From a virus, in IMG/VR virus record IMGVR_UViG_3300002091_000004: a DNA stretch of 50,744 bases. One strand, given 5' to 3'. The notes under the pieces were generated by a model. That model was not told the origin of the DNA, did not search any database, and worked only from the letters and a program-made list of their open reading frames with translations. Numbering within the stretch: the stretch's first letter is position 1; each line of letters starts with the position of its first letter. Positions 32,159-42,390 of the stretch are shown piece by piece. The translations under genes were made by a program, and so were the position numbers.

Positions 32159-34599
32159 CGTTGCACCTGAAAGACCATACCTCTAGCACGGTTCTCTTTA
32201 TAAAGACTGTCAAAGAGTTGAGACAACTGTTCACCAGTAAAGATATCCGTAGGTTTAATCCCTTGGATCAAGACTTGTTGTGGAGTTGCTGTTTGTGCAG
32301 CAGCAGCAGTAGCTGTAGAAGTTGAAGGTATGGTTGCAGAAGGTTTACCACCAGAACTACCAGACTGGATAGATGCCACAAACCCTAGACCCGCAGAAAT
32401 AATGCTACCAGCAGCAGCAAGGTTCGCTGGGAAAGGAAGCTTAAGGGCAGCAGCAGCACCAGCATAAGTATCTGCCAAAGCTTGGGCAGCACCAAGAACC
32501 TTAGCCATTTTAGCGGCCTTAGCATTATGTTCGCCCAAAGCTGTTAGGATTTGAGCACCAGTACCCAAAACTGTAGACAGTTTAGCTACACGACCTTGAT
32601 TTTCAATAGTTTGGAGAGCAACTTCATGTTTACGTGTCAAATCAAGTTCTGTTGCCTGATACTCTTTAAGCGAAATAATTCTTTTAGAGAGAGCAGACTT
32701 AAGTGCTTTTTGTCTTTGATCATAAGCAGTATCCTCTTCTTTAGTAGCATACTCATTAAGCTTTTTGGAATCTTCCAAGTACTTATAAATATCCTTCAAA
32801 GAAGTCTCTGCACCACCACCACTACCAGCAGCACCTCCTAAACCCTTATCTTTTTTAGGTTTGATAGAAGCACCACCGGGACCAAAATCAATATTCTTAA
32901 AGAGTTTGTTAGTATCAATACCGGGAGATTCCATACCGTAGTCATGCATAACATTGGCTGGCATACCGTTAGCAGGAAGACCTCTGCCTGACATGTTAGC
33001 CATATTATTAACTTTATACATGTACTGAGACAAAGCACTTGCTGCATCTGAGGCGGCAATAATCTCCCCAGCCCAACCATTAAGACTGACTGAAACTGCA
33101 CCTGTTTCCCCTGCCATAGCATGGAAAGTGTTTTTAAGGAGGTTTGCTTTTACGTCTGAACCTTCAAGAACACTTTGTTGATCTTTTAGGTCTTGAAGGT
33201 GCTGTAATTCAAAAGCAGCTTTAATACGGGCTTGATCTGTAAGCTTTCTTGTGGCTTCATCTTGGTCTTGAAGCACTTGAAGTTGTGTTTGTAGATCTGC
33301 AAGTTGTTTCTTAACTGCCTCACCTGCAAGTGCAAACATAGCAGCGGCACCAAAACTTTCAGGGGGGTTTTCTGAAATAGTTTTATTAAGATCTTTTATT
33401 TGCTGTTCAAGATCGGCCATTTGCTTTCTAGCTTCACCCACAGCAGGGTTTGCTCCAAATTTAGCTTTAAGAAAAGCTTCTTGATTTTTTTGGATTTCAG
33501 CAGTAAGTTCTTTGACAATTTTGGTATAATCCTCAAGATCGCCACCAGCATCTTTAGCACCTTTACCAGACCTAAGAAATGCCCCAACAATAGCTGTAAG
33601 AAGAGGGATAGCAATACCAAGACCAGCAGTAAGAGCACCAATACCCACACTCATGCCAAGCAAAGGAACCTCTGTAATAGCAAACTCTTTTGCAAGTTCT
33701 GGAAGAACATATATCAACTGAGTCATTTGTTGACCAAAAGCCATAACAACATTAGCACCAGATTGAATTTGCACCAAAAAGTCACCAACCTGATAACCAG
33801 TTTGTTGCATAACAAAACCCATGCCAGAAAAAGAACTACGGGTACTGTCTATTGCTTTAGTCTGTTGAGCAAACCTATTAGAAGTTGTTGCGGAACCGTT
33901 ATTGAAAGCGATATATTCTGCTTCAAGTTTTGCCAACTCTGCTTTTAAAGTGTCCGCATTACCAGCACCCTTAGACATAGCAAGATTGATCTCGTTTTGA
34001 GCAGCTTTATAAAGTTTGGTCGCAGCATAAGACTTATCATATTTAGTATTAAGGTAGTCAAGCATGTCAGCTTCTTGCTTTGCAGCTTTAGCTGTTTCTG
34101 CATCAGCAGCAATCTGTGCTTGAATCTCCGCTTGTCTATTTTTGATAAGAGTGTCTGAAACTCTTTTTTCATCAGCTAGCCGTTTAGCTTCAAGCTTTTC
34201 ACTCTCTTGCATCATAGAGAGTCTACGTTTCTGTGATGAAAACCAATCGTCTTGTTCTTTTTGCTCTTCTTTATACCGTTGCATAGACAAAGCAAAAGCT
34301 GTGTCAGCCTTAGCACCAAGGTCTTTAATTGCAGCAGCCTTAATTGCAGCAGTTTCTTTTTCAACAGCAGCAGCTTGTTTCTGAAGGGCAATTGCATCCC
34401 TTGTTGCCACAGAAGTCATATCAAGGTGAGTTGCTATTTCTTCAAGGCCACGATTAACTTCCTCACTACTGATCACACCTTCTTCAAAAGCTTTTGTAAG
34501 CCTTTTAAACATTGCTTCAGCAGCAATAGTACTCTTAATCATCTTATCAATAGAAGTGCTATCAATAGGGATTACAATAGGGTCAATTAGGTCGCTCAT
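32155..34599 (-). CDS. Tail tape measure protein
   Basis: 814 aa, long coiled-coil stretches plus central hydrophobic segments; follows the G/GT chaperone pair. Confidence 0.85.
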   Translation of the reverse strand: MSDLIDPIVIPIDSTSIDKMIKSTIAAEAMFKRLTKAFEEGVISSEEVNRGLEEIATHLDMTSVATRDAIALQKQAAAVEKETAAIKAAAIKDLGAKADTAFALSMQRYKEEQKEQDDWFSSQKRRLSMMQESEKLEAKRLADEKRVSDTLIKNRQAEIQAQIAADAETAKAAKQEADMLDYLNTKYDKSYAATKLYKAAQNEINLAMSKGAGNADTLKAELAKLEAEYIAFNNGSATTSNRFAQQTKAIDSTRSSFSGMGFVMQQTGYQVGDFLVQIQSGANVVMAFGQQMTQLIYVLPELAKEFAITEVPLLGMSVGIGALTAGLGIAIPLLTAIVGAFLRSGKGAKDAGGDLEDYTKIVKELTAEIQKNQEAFLKAKFGANPAVGEARKQMADLEQQIKDLNKTISENPPESFGAAAMFALAGEAVKKQLADLQTQLQVLQDQDEATRKLTDQARIKAAFELQHLQDLKDQQSVLEGSDVKANLLKNTFHAMAGETGAVSVSLNGWAGEIIAASDAASALSQYMYKVNNMANMSGRGLPANGMPANVMHDYGMESPGIDTNKLFKNIDFGPGGASIKPKKDKGLGGAAGSGGGAETSLKDIYKYLEDSKKLNEYATKEEDTAYDQRQKALKSALSKRIISLKEYQATELDLTRKHEVALQTIENQGRVAKLSTVLGTGAQILTALGEHNAKAAKMAKVLGAAQALADTYAGAAAALKLPFPANLAAAGSIISAGLGFVASIQSGSSGGKPSATIPSTSTATAAAAQTATPQQVLIQGIKPTDIFTGEQLSQLFDSLYKENRARGMVFQVQR

Positions 34600-35328
34600 T
34601 GATAATCCTTACATATATCGTATCTAATTTCTTGATGATATCAACCTCTAAAGGAGATAGTTGATTTCCAGTTAATTGTTGCCAATAGGCAATCTCAGTA
34701 TAGGTCAGTGGTAACGGACCAGAATATCCTTGACCACGGGCAGAGTTCAAACTAAGAAAGGCAGACCAGACATACTCCATTAGTTCAGGGAATTCAGGTC
34801 CCTGTAATTCTACTGGTGTTTGTCCGATCTGCCTTTCAACTGCTTCTAAATGTTCTCTCTCAGAGATACCATCTTTATCAGGAATGCTTAGTTTGAAGTC
34901 CCATTCCGCATAGTTTTGAAGATCAAGGATTACTTCTTCAAAAAAGAAGTATAGTCTTCTTGGGCTTCTACAATCTGATCTTTAAGCCACGGAAGCTTTT
35001 GATAAAGGTCTGTAGCTTCAGCCACAGAAAACTTAAGAGGCTTCTTATTAAAAATCAAATCCCACTCTTTTGTGGTTTTAGCAATCAGTTCAACAGAGGC
35101 AAGATCAATTTCTTCAGCAGTGAAAGTAACTTTCTTGGTCTTCTGTGCTTTTTGAATTCGCTTGTTTGTCTGATCATGCAATGCAGCCTTGTACTCCTTA
35201 GAGTGAGGTGCATAGACAGTGATAGACATTTCAGTACCATCATCTTTGGTCAGAGCATCTTCAGTAACAGGATGCTTCAAGAGAACAGTGATAGTATCAG
35301 TAGTCGGGATCAGGCTAGAAAGGTCCAT
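34583..35328 (-). CDS. Tail assembly chaperone GT-type fusion via -1 frameshift
   Basis: The -1 frame is open from the slippery site to the stop at 34583; 746 nt + 1 re-read nt = 249 codons. Confidence 0.65.
34930..35328 (-). CDS. Tail assembly chaperone (G-type product)
   Basis: 132 aa between the major tail and tape measure genes; ends 2 codons after the slippery heptamer. Confidence 0.7.
   Translation of the reverse strand: MDLSSLIPTTDTITVLLKHPVTEDALTKDDGTEMSITVYAPHSKEYKAALHDQTNKRIQKAQKTKKVTFTAEEIDLASVELIAKTTKEWDLIFNKKPLKFSVAEATDLYQKLPWLKDQIVEAQEDYTSFLKK
34939..34945 (-). other. -1 slippery heptamer U UUU UUG
   Basis: Read in zero frame as tcT TTT TTG aag aag taa. Confidence 0.65.
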
Positions 35329-35432
35329 GTCGGGTATGTCCTTAGAGGGTTATATATATAAAAGTATCTGAATATCATTAAGGATAATCATAATCCTTAG
35401 TGGACATATTCAGGGTGGGGCGAACCCTAAAG

Positions 35433-35461
35433 TAATATGGGTGTAGAATCCCATAAGTCAA
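35433..35461 (-). promoter_or_regulatory. sigma70-like promoter between the major tail and chaperone genes
   Basis: On minus strand TTGACT - 17 nt - ATATTA, preceded by AAATTTATTTT; core of cassette 35403..35483. Confidence 0.5.
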
Positions 35462-35563
35462 GGGGTAAACGAAAATAAATTTAGTGTGTGTCGGGAACTG
35501 AATTTCGGGACGGAGAACCTTGCCCGACACAATCTTCCCCGTCCCTACCCCGAAGGGATTCTA

Positions 35564-36484
35564 TTAGGTACGGGTGAGTTTGATGTTAGTCGCTTCAGTC
35601 GTATCGTACAGAGCAACAAACGGCATAGTGACAACACGGGCCAGAGGACCACTGACAGGAACAGCAGCACCATTGATCTTGATACGCGGGAACAACCAAG
35701 TGTAAGCAGAAGCACCAGTAGGGTCGTTCACAGCGACTTCAAGAGCGGTCTGTGTTTCATTAATGAAGCGGTTGATCAAGGTAGCATCAGCGAAGTATGC
35801 AGTGATAGTACCCTCAACTGTAGCCATACCATACTCAAGCTGCGGAGTGGAAGCAGAACCAACCACAAAAGTAGGAGCAAGAGCATTGTTGATAGTGAAG
35901 TCAATACCAGTGATCGTGGCCACAGAAGCAAGAGAACCGCCAGCATCAGCAATCTTAATCGTACCTGAATAGCTGTCAAACGGTTGGTTGCCCAAAGTAG
36001 CTGTTTTAATTGCATCCAAAGACGTGCCAGAAATGGTCATGTCTTTACCAATCATGCCAAAGGTACCAGTGACCATTTGGTTCGGTTTAATCGACACAGC
36101 AAGGCTATTCATGCTTACGCCAGTAAACAGACGGAATTGGCTAATGTCATTGGCAGAGTCTTCAAAGGAGAAGGACTTCGGAGTAGTACCAATCTTCAGC
36201 ACGTTGGTAGAGAAGGTATTCATAAACAGACCTTCAAGCAGGGGATCAAAGTCACCCTTACGAAGGTCAACAACCATATCACCAGCAACCTTACGATTAC
36301 CATGACGATCAATACGAAGCATACGGTCAGGCTGAAGTTCATTACCTTGGACACGGTCTTTGGTCAGTTCAAGAGTATGAGTGTTGTAGGGAAGTTCAAT
36401 GTAAGATGGAGTAGCAGGAGTAGTGCCAAACGTAGTTTCAGCTACAAAAGAAAGGCCAGAACGAGAACCTTGTGCAAATGCCAT
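35564..36484 (-). CDS. Major tail (tube) protein
   Basis: 306 aa; placed between the terminator-like gene and the chaperones; N-terminus resembles tail-tube families by eye. Confidence 0.6.
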   Translation of the reverse strand: MAFAQGSRSGLSFVAETTFGTTPATPSYIELPYNTHTLELTKDRVQGNELQPDRMLRIDRHGNRKVAGDMVVDLRKGDFDPLLEGLFMNTFSTNVLKIGTTPKSFSFEDSANDISQFRLFTGVSMNSLAVSIKPNQMVTGTFGMIGKDMTISGTSLDAIKTATLGNQPFDSYSGTIKIADAGGSLASVATITGIDFTINNALAPTFVVGSASTPQLEYGMATVEGTITAYFADATLINRFINETQTALEVAVNDPTGASAYTWLFPRIKINGAAVPVSGPLARVVTMPFVALYDTTEATNIKLTRT

Positions 36485-36499
36485 TTTTAGTTTCCTTTA

Positions 36500-36907
36500 T
36501 CAGTTATGGTAGCAATACCAAGCAACATTGATTGGTGTGCAGTAGAAGGGGCTGTCAAGGAAACTTCCCCTGACTTCGGAATAGTCAACGGTGATAATCA
36601 GACCATTGTAGGAGATATCTTTTGTGGCTTGGAAACTTGCAAGCAAAGTATCCGCGATATCATAGCCAGCACCTGCACCAGCAGCTTCAGGTGTACATAT
36701 TAGTAGTGTATAGAGGCCTTGATAGAGTTGCTGGGGGTTGAGGCCTCTTGTAGTAGGACGCCTTGCTGTAGGTACGATACTAGCCTTGATAAAGGGTGTT
36801 CCTACCTTTTGGGCATAAGCAACATTTTCTTTAACCACAACAGGGATGCCAGAGGTATTTGATAGTTGGTTATCCAAACATGCTCGGATATCATTAATGA
36901 TTGTCAT
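36500..36907 (-). CDS. Tail terminator-like protein
   Basis: 135 aa, position upstream of the tube gene. Confidence 0.45.
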   Translation of the reverse strand: MTIINDIRACLDNQLSNTSGIPVVVKENVAYAQKVGTPFIKASIVPTARRPTTRGLNPQQLYQGLYTLLICTPEAAGAGAGYDIADTLLASFQATKDISYNGLIITVDYSEVRGSFLDSPFYCTPINVAWYCYHN

Positions 36908-37356
36908 GGAGAACCTTTTACTTTTGCTATAGCTTCCGCCAAATAGATATTAGACTTATTTTCTACAGTAGAGTAGATATAGTAACCATCACGACGCCAA
37001 TTAGGCCCACCAAATTCAACAATTCTTGCATGAGGCGCTACGTTATTGATATAAATCTTATAGCTATCTGGTGGTAGATTTTCAATCTCTGATAAAAGAG
37101 TGGATAGGGCTGTTTCTTTTTTTGCGGAAACATCAAGGGCTTTTGGTATACCCCTAACAATTTTACCAGTAAATCTACCAGACATGGGTGTTTCAGAAAT
37201 GTGGTGTGAAGAAACATACTGTCCTGTGTCTACAGGAGACATGGCTACAATATCTTCTGCCAAATTTATAAGAAACTGCTTTTTTACACCTTCAAGCTTT
37301 GCTTCTACAGATTTAAGGACCGATGTTAATGTTTTACCTATGGCCCTATTAAGCAT
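36904..37356 (-). CDS. HK97 gp10-like head-tail joining protein
   Basis: 150 aa; ..APHARIVEFGG.. motif. Confidence 0.55.
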   Translation of the reverse strand: MLNRAIGKTLTSVLKSVEAKLEGVKKQFLINLAEDIVAMSPVDTGQYVSSHHISETPMSGRFTGKIVRGIPKALDVSAKKETALSTLLSEIENLPPDSYKIYINNVAPHARIVEFGGPNWRRDGYYIYSTVENKSNIYLAEAIAKVKGSP

Positions 37357-37358
37357 AA

Positions 37359-37721
37359 TTAACCTTCAACCTTAACAGTATAATAAACCACAGAACCATT
37401 AGATTTAACAACGTCAACTTCAACTACATCAAGAGTATAACCACCAAACAAAATTTGATCATTAACTTTAGGCAAAGGAAGTGCATTACCATTCGTCTGA
37501 TAGTTAGTCAAAAGAATATGACGAGCATTCTTTACAACAGAATTATTAGTCAACAAAGAAGGTACAGTGGTGGAAGAGTATCCATAAGCCTTGTAATCAA
37601 CATAGGTCAGAGGGACAGTTCCAGTCAAGTCATCATAGAAGCCTGTAGTTCTCTGACGAACAGTGCAAATCTCACCATGCTCTTTAATGAACCGTCTAGT
37701 AGTAGTTGTACTAAATGCCAT
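37359..37721 (-). CDS. Head-closure/head-tail adaptor protein
   Basis: 120 aa from the internal ATG overlapping the upstream stop; call by position. Confidence 0.4.
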   Translation of the reverse strand: MAFSTTTTRRFIKEHGEICTVRQRTTGFYDDLTGTVPLTYVDYKAYGYSSTTVPSLLTNNSVVKNARHILLTNYQTNGNALPLPKVNDQILFGGYTLDVVEVDVVKSNGSVVYYTVKVEG

Positions 37722-38181
37722 AGAAATAATCAGGCGTGTAGAAACCTGCCCTCTTATTATCAAACTCTTGTACTTCAAACGAAGAGACAACACGATCAGG
37801 GTCAAGTTTAGCATTCGTCATATCAACGATACTAATACCACCAGCGAAAGCACCAAGAGAGCGACCATTAGTCTTCTTACCAAGATTGGAAAGATGAATG
37901 CTAAGGTTCATATAGTGAGCGATAATATCGCCATACTTACTGATACCAGCACCTTCTAGTTTGGTATCAACAAGCCTAGAAAATTTAGCAGCAATAATAG
38001 TGCAAAGCCAAGAACCAGCATAATAGATACTATTATTAGTTTGTGCAAGAGAGAAGAAAACTTCTTCATCTTGAATCATTTGGTCTGTGGTATCAGTATC
38101 ACCAATCAACAGACGTACAGAATTGAGCCGGCCCGAAGCTGTATCAACACTCAAATCGGTAGGGTTATAACTCCAACTCAA
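37711..38181 (-). CDS. Head-tail connector (gp6-like)
   Basis: 156 aa; ..LLIGDTDTTDQMIQDEEV.. region typical of connector proteins; position. Confidence 0.45.
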   Translation of the reverse strand: MSWSYNPTDLSVDTASGRLNSVRLLIGDTDTTDQMIQDEEVFFSLAQTNNSIYYAGSWLCTIIAAKFSRLVDTKLEGAGISKYGDIIAHYMNLSIHLSNLGKKTNGRSLGAFAGGISIVDMTNAKLDPDRVVSSFEVQEFDNKRAGFYTPDYFYGI

Positions 38182-38196
38182 AGCCGTCTCCTTTTC

Positions 38197-38598
38197 TTAT
38201 TCCATATCACCGTAAGTCATCCGCCAACGACGAATAAGACCAATCTGCTTGTCTTTAACTTTGCTTGTGGCGCATTTCTTAGCCAAAAACTCAGAAGTAT
38301 CTTTTGTCTTATCTTTGACTTTACCGTTGATGTTAGCTACAAGGACTTGCAACTGCTCAATAGTAAGTTCTTCAAGACCGTCACCAATAGTGACCTTTTT
38401 AACTACTTCTTCTTCCAACTCTTCATTGTGGTGAACAAAGCCACCAACATAGATAGCATGGACCTTTTCAAGAGGGATTTGAAGAAATTCCCAATTAAAC
38501 CGATCCCCAGCTTTCCAGAAAGTACCCGCTGCCTGAAAAGGCACCTTCGCAAACAGCGGGCGATTTTGTTGGAAGAAGGCATTATTGTGTCGGGCCAT
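38197..38598 (-). CDS. Hypothetical protein
   Basis: 133 aa ORF directly downstream of the capsid gene. Confidence 0.5.
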   Translation of the reverse strand: MARHNNAFFQQNRPLFAKVPFQAAGTFWKAGDRFNWEFLQIPLEKVHAIYVGGFVHHNEELEEEVVKKVTIGDGLEELTIEQLQVLVANINGKVKDKTKDTSEFLAKKCATSKVKDKQIGLIRRWRMTYGDME

Positions 38599-38615
38599 AT
38601 GCCTTCTCCTGTTAA

Positions 38616-39623
38616 TTAGGCAACTACAGTGCCGATGAAACCACCAAGGTCAGACGAGACAACCTTTTGGTCATAAGCCAGATTGGCTTCCAGCAGTTCT
38701 GCGATACCTTCGACACGCAGGAAGTCACCAACATACGAGCGAATGTCGATACCATAACCGGAGTTATTAGCAACATCATTCCAAGTGAAGGTGTAACCAG
38801 CCGAGGGAACCATCAGGCCAGAGGCCTTCGGGCGGTAGTACAGAGCCGCCGATTTGCCACCAATGAAAGCGTTAGCTTCCGTCAGGCCTTCAGCAGCAGT
38901 GTTCTTGACCGTTTCCATGATCAGGAACTCTTCCACACCGAAAATTTCGGCCAGCTTGGAGTCAGTGATCAAGGCAGTGTTGGTGACGGTAGCGCCGCCA
39001 TTCAGACGGTTCAGGATATCCGGGTGGTTAACCAGAATGTCACGGGTTTGCTTACCAACAACCATGACGTTCGGCTTAAAGCCACCGGACTTCAGTTGCA
39101 CAGCTTGCATCAGCGAAGTAATGTCACGAATCGGAGTCGAGTTCGTGTAGTCGGACCATTGACGCACTTGGTTAGCCGAGGGAGAACCCGAAACACCAGT
39201 CCAGTCATTACCCCAAACCGAAGCAGCGAAATACTTGGAAGCCCACTTAATTTCACGGTCAATCAGGAGTTGATACGTCAGCATCTGCGCACCAGCAGCG
39301 CGGATATTCAGAGCGGTGTCTTCGTTTGCCAGCGTTTCGAAGTCGAAGTTCGTAGCCAGCGAATACACGTCAGCCGAGTACGTATCCAGCGACAGCGACA
39401 TACCAACCACAGGGGCTTTAGTACGCGGAGCGCGGAGTTGGACTTGACCAGCGCGATTAAAGTCAGCGCGGTTATAGATGTAGTATTTGTTAGTCTTGTT
39501 GCTAACAGCCACACGCGGGAACACTTTGTCCGCAATGAAACCAGCCTGATCTTGCAGATAAGCAATCGTGAGGTTGGTAAGCGGTTGATCGACGTGAACT
39601 GAACTCGGAGTCAACATAGCCAT
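38616..39623 (-). CDS. Major capsid protein (lambda gpE-like family)
   Basis: 335 aa; preceded by decoration, scaffold and protease genes. Confidence 0.8.
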   Translation of the reverse strand: MAMLTPSSVHVDQPLTNLTIAYLQDQAGFIADKVFPRVAVSNKTNKYYIYNRADFNRAGQVQLRAPRTKAPVVGMSLSLDTYSADVYSLATNFDFETLANEDTALNIRAAGAQMLTYQLLIDREIKWASKYFAASVWGNDWTGVSGSPSANQVRQWSDYTNSTPIRDITSLMQAVQLKSGGFKPNVMVVGKQTRDILVNHPDILNRLNGGATVTNTALITDSKLAEIFGVEEFLIMETVKNTAAEGLTEANAFIGGKSAALYYRPKASGLMVPSAGYTFTWNDVANNSGYGIDIRSYVGDFLRVEGIAELLEANLAYDQKVVSSDLGGFIGTVVA

Positions 39624-39655
39624 ATTTTATATTCCTTATTTTAAACTAGGTAGTC

Positions 39656-40015
39656 TTAGGCAGCAGTGCCGTCAAGACGGATATCCATCGTAATCACTTG
39701 GCCCGAAACAGCATCTTCCAAAGCAGTGCCAAGGATGATTTGACCAGTCGTAGCAGTGATAGCTTTACCTGTGGCATCCGAAGCGACAGCAGCGCCCTTG
39801 GCGATAGTGCCAGCAGCCACAACCGACACACGGCCATTGTAAGCAGCAGCAACAGCCTTGCCCGAAGCTGCATCAGTAATCGAGACAGCATCAGCACGAA
39901 CACCAGCCGTGCCAACATGAGCAGCCAGACCAGCAGTCATCACGATGAAACGGTATTGGGAGACAGCAGCACCAGTGACATAGCTGCGGGTAGACATATT
40001 TTCGGTAAACGCCAT
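39656..40015 (-). CDS. DUF2190-type capsid decoration/cement protein
   Basis: 119 aa, Ala/Gly/Val-rich beta pattern, immediately upstream of the capsid gene. Confidence 0.6.
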   Translation of the reverse strand: MAFTENMSTRSYVTGAAVSQYRFIVMTAGLAAHVGTAGVRADAVSITDAASGKAVAAAYNGRVSVVAAGTIAKGAAVASDATGKAITATTGQIILGTALEDAVSGQVITMDIRLDGTAA

Positions 40016-40027
40016 AATTAAGGCTCC

Positions 40028-40783
40028 TTATTTCTTATAGGTTTGAAGCAGAAGGGCTTTACCTTCAGCGGTTTTGGTCACAGCAGCGTATGCTTTATAG
40101 AAGTCTTCCTTCTTGTCTTCTTGACGAGCCTTAACCATAGCTTGTAGCTTTTGATCAGCAGTCATAAGACCAGTTTCGCTATCCGTTTTACCAACTTCTT
40201 GGAAGAGGCCAGCAAAGGCAGCATCAGCGGATTTGAGAAGAGCCAGAAGTTCAGCATCTTCACCAATAGACTTCAGCAGTTTACCGCGCTGATCAGGTGT
40301 CCCAGAGAAGTTGGGGAGTTCTTCTTCAGCACGTTTACGGAGTTCTTGGGCTTCTTGGGCTTTTTGAACTTCTTCTAGTTTCTTAAGGACAGGCAGCGGG
40401 ATGGAGGACTTAGCAACCATTTCGCCAGCGAAGTCAATCATCACTTCTGCCTTAGCAACGTCTTCCTGAGCCTTTTCTTCAAGGGCTTTAGTCAGTCGTT
40501 CAACTTCTGCTTTCAGCATTTCAACTTCTGCCATATCTTCATCAGCTTTATCTACTTCAGCAGTATCTTCAGCTTGATCTTCTTGGGCTTCCATTTGCAT
40601 TGCAGCAGCTTCTTCTTCGGGGGTTTTAATTTCGATTTCGATGCAAACGCCCTTATCGACTTCTTCTTTTTTAGCCTTAGCCATTTTAGTATCCCGTTTA
40701 AAAAGGGCGACAGTTGCCGACTTATTAGCGGGAGAATCCACCAGCGACACCTCGTCTAGTTCCAAATCAAGGAGTTCATTCAA
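40028..40783 (-). CDS. Scaffolding protein
   Basis: 251 aa, highly acidic and helical (AEEDK-rich), between the protease and capsid genes. Confidence 0.65.
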   Translation of the reverse strand: MNELLDLELDEVSLVDSPANKSATVALFKRDTKMAKAKKEEVDKGVCIEIEIKTPEEEAAAMQMEAQEDQAEDTAEVDKADEDMAEVEMLKAEVERLTKALEEKAQEDVAKAEVMIDFAGEMVAKSSIPLPVLKKLEEVQKAQEAQELRKRAEEELPNFSGTPDQRGKLLKSIGEDAELLALLKSADAAFAGLFQEVGKTDSETGLMTADQKLQAMVKARQEDKKEDFYKAYAAVTKTAEGKALLLQTYKK

Positions 40784-41337
40784 TTGATTTTCTCCCGCTT
40801 TGCTCTTCCGCCAATCGAAAAAGCTTTCAGTTCACCAGATTTAACCTTCTCCCACACTGCATCGTCATAAACTTTGCAGGCTACGATCCAGCCTTCTTTA
40901 TCTGATGTAATGCCAAGGGCTTCACCAAGTGCTTTGGTTAGTGGCAAAGAGTGAACAAACTCACCAACTTTACCTCCCGAGTGCATTTCTTTAGTGACAC
41001 GAGTAGAAAGCATAAACTCTGTAGCAGCTTTCATTAGCGTGTCAGCTTTAATAACATCACCTTGTGTATCAACCACAGGAATGCCGTTTTCAGTAATAAC
41101 TGAGGCCCAACCCCAAACCATTCGCTGCTCATTGTCAGCTTTAAGGATTTGACCTTGAATTTCCATTTTCTTCACAGAAGCACCTTTTGCTTTAGACCAT
41201 GCACTAGCGAAAGCTTGACTTTCTGTGGCACCACCATCTAGAACTGAATTAAAAACACTTCTAAATACCGTTTGTTGGTGATTACTCAACTTACCACGAA
41301 CAGCTTTAGGTAAATCTGAATTATGTGTGTAGGGCAT
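40780..41337 (-). CDS. Prohead protease (XkdF-like)
   Basis: 185 aa; C-terminal block RMVWGWASV..DTQGD..EFM..H resembles XkdF-type proteases; position. Confidence 0.55.
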   Translation of the reverse strand: MPYTHNSDLPKAVRGKLSNHQQTVFRSVFNSVLDGGATESQAFASAWSKAKGASVKKMEIQGQILKADNEQRMVWGWASVITENGIPVVDTQGDVIKADTLMKAATEFMLSTRVTKEMHSGGKVGEFVHSLPLTKALGEALGITSDKEGWIVACKVYDDAVWEKVKSGELKAFSIGGRAKREKIN

Positions 41338-42070
41338 TATTTTTTACCAAAAGAAGTTGTTGATTAGAGTAAATTCTAGTACCATTAGAAGTTACAAACC
41401 TAACTACATTATCAATATCTGTTTTTTCAGGTATAGCACCGGGAATAGGTGGCATAGCAGAAATATGCTGTTCATAAATCTCTGTGGAATAAACTCTGAT
41501 AAAACTAGAGCCATAAAAACGCCACATAGCATTAAGTTGAGCGCCTTCACCCTTATTACAAGAAAAATCACCATACATTGAATAGGCAGTATACCCAGCA
41601 GGTACAGTATATATGGACATTGAAGTGGCACCAATACTTGGGTCAATCTTCCCCACCAAAGTGCCTAAAGAACTTCCAATCCTAATAGAAATAGTCCCAA
41701 GATTAGAAGAATCTCCATCCAAATAAATAGCACTATTTAGCCTATAAAATACAGTAGTTCCGGTATTGACATAAGTTGTGCCAGAAAGTTGGACTAGCAA
41801 TGTAATAGGATTATAGTCAGTATCTAGGCCACTAAGAAGGACGTTTTTAATATCTGAAGCATTAGAGCTTGCAAGATATAGAACTTTACCTCCACCATTC
41901 CAAGCAGTCCAAGGATAAGGTCCAGTTACATTCCAAATACTTTCAGGAACATCTGCAACCTGAACGCCATCATTAACACCACTAAGAAAAACTACAGAAT
42001 GGTCATTAACTTCCCCTTTAGCAATAGGAAGATTATTTACTTCAAAAAGCCGTCTTGCCCAAGCGGTCAT
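41321..42070 (-). CDS. Hypothetical structural protein
   Basis: 249 aa beta-rich ORF. Confidence 0.5.
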   Translation of the reverse strand: MTAWARRLFEVNNLPIAKGEVNDHSVVFLSGVNDGVQVADVPESIWNVTGPYPWTAWNGGGKVLYLASSNASDIKNVLLSGLDTDYNPITLLVQLSGTTYVNTGTTVFYRLNSAIYLDGDSSNLGTISIRIGSSLGTLVGKIDPSIGATSMSIYTVPAGYTAYSMYGDFSCNKGEGAQLNAMWRFYGSSFIRVYSTEIYEQHISAMPPIPGAIPEKTDIDNVVRFVTSNGTRIYSNQQLLLVKNNALHT

Positions 42071-42390
42071 TATGCTAAACTCGGATAAATGATAAGAGTA
42101 TCATTGTTGTTGTTTGGAAAAGTTTCAATAGAAGTGTTTGGATAAGTTACTTCAAACTCAACATAGTAAGTGCCGGGAACATTAGTGTCACCAGAAACCC
42201 AGTTATATTGCACAATGCCATTTAGGGCGCTAACAATAGTCATCTGAGAGTTGATAGTGAGGCTACCATTTACATTCTTCATATGGAAGTTTACCACACA
42301 ATTAGTAAGATTAATAGCAGCCCCACTATAGTCAGTCAATGTCGCTTGAAGGGAGGGAGAAGTATCATTTTGCTTGATTGAAAAGGTCAT
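42070..42390 (-). CDS. BppU/Ig-like small structural protein
   Basis: 106 aa; KQNDTSPSL..L.D..G..INLT...V.FHM......G.V.Y.W...DT...G.YY.EFEV pattern. Confidence 0.5.
   Translation of the reverse strand: MTFSIKQNDTSPSLQATLTDYSGAAINLTNCVVNFHMKNVNGSLTINSQMTIVSALNGIVQYNWVSGDTNVPGTYYVEFEVTYPNTSIETFPNNNNDTLIIYPSLA

Noticed and set aside
32551-34590. Several 80-180-aa ORFs on both strands inside 32155..34599
   Set aside because: They are all nested in or antisense to the 814-aa tape measure ORF, with low-complexity Leu/Lys/Ser-rich translations.
35486-36490. Plus-strand ORFs 35486..35968, 35763..35972, 35984..36490 and 35988..36305
   Set aside because: They are antisense to the major tail protein gene, have non-ATG starts and Ser/Arg-rich composition, and no ribosome-binding sites were seen.
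38667-39602. 311-aa plus-strand ORF
   Set aside because: It is an antisense shadow of the major capsid gene, has no start context, and is Arg/Ser-rich.
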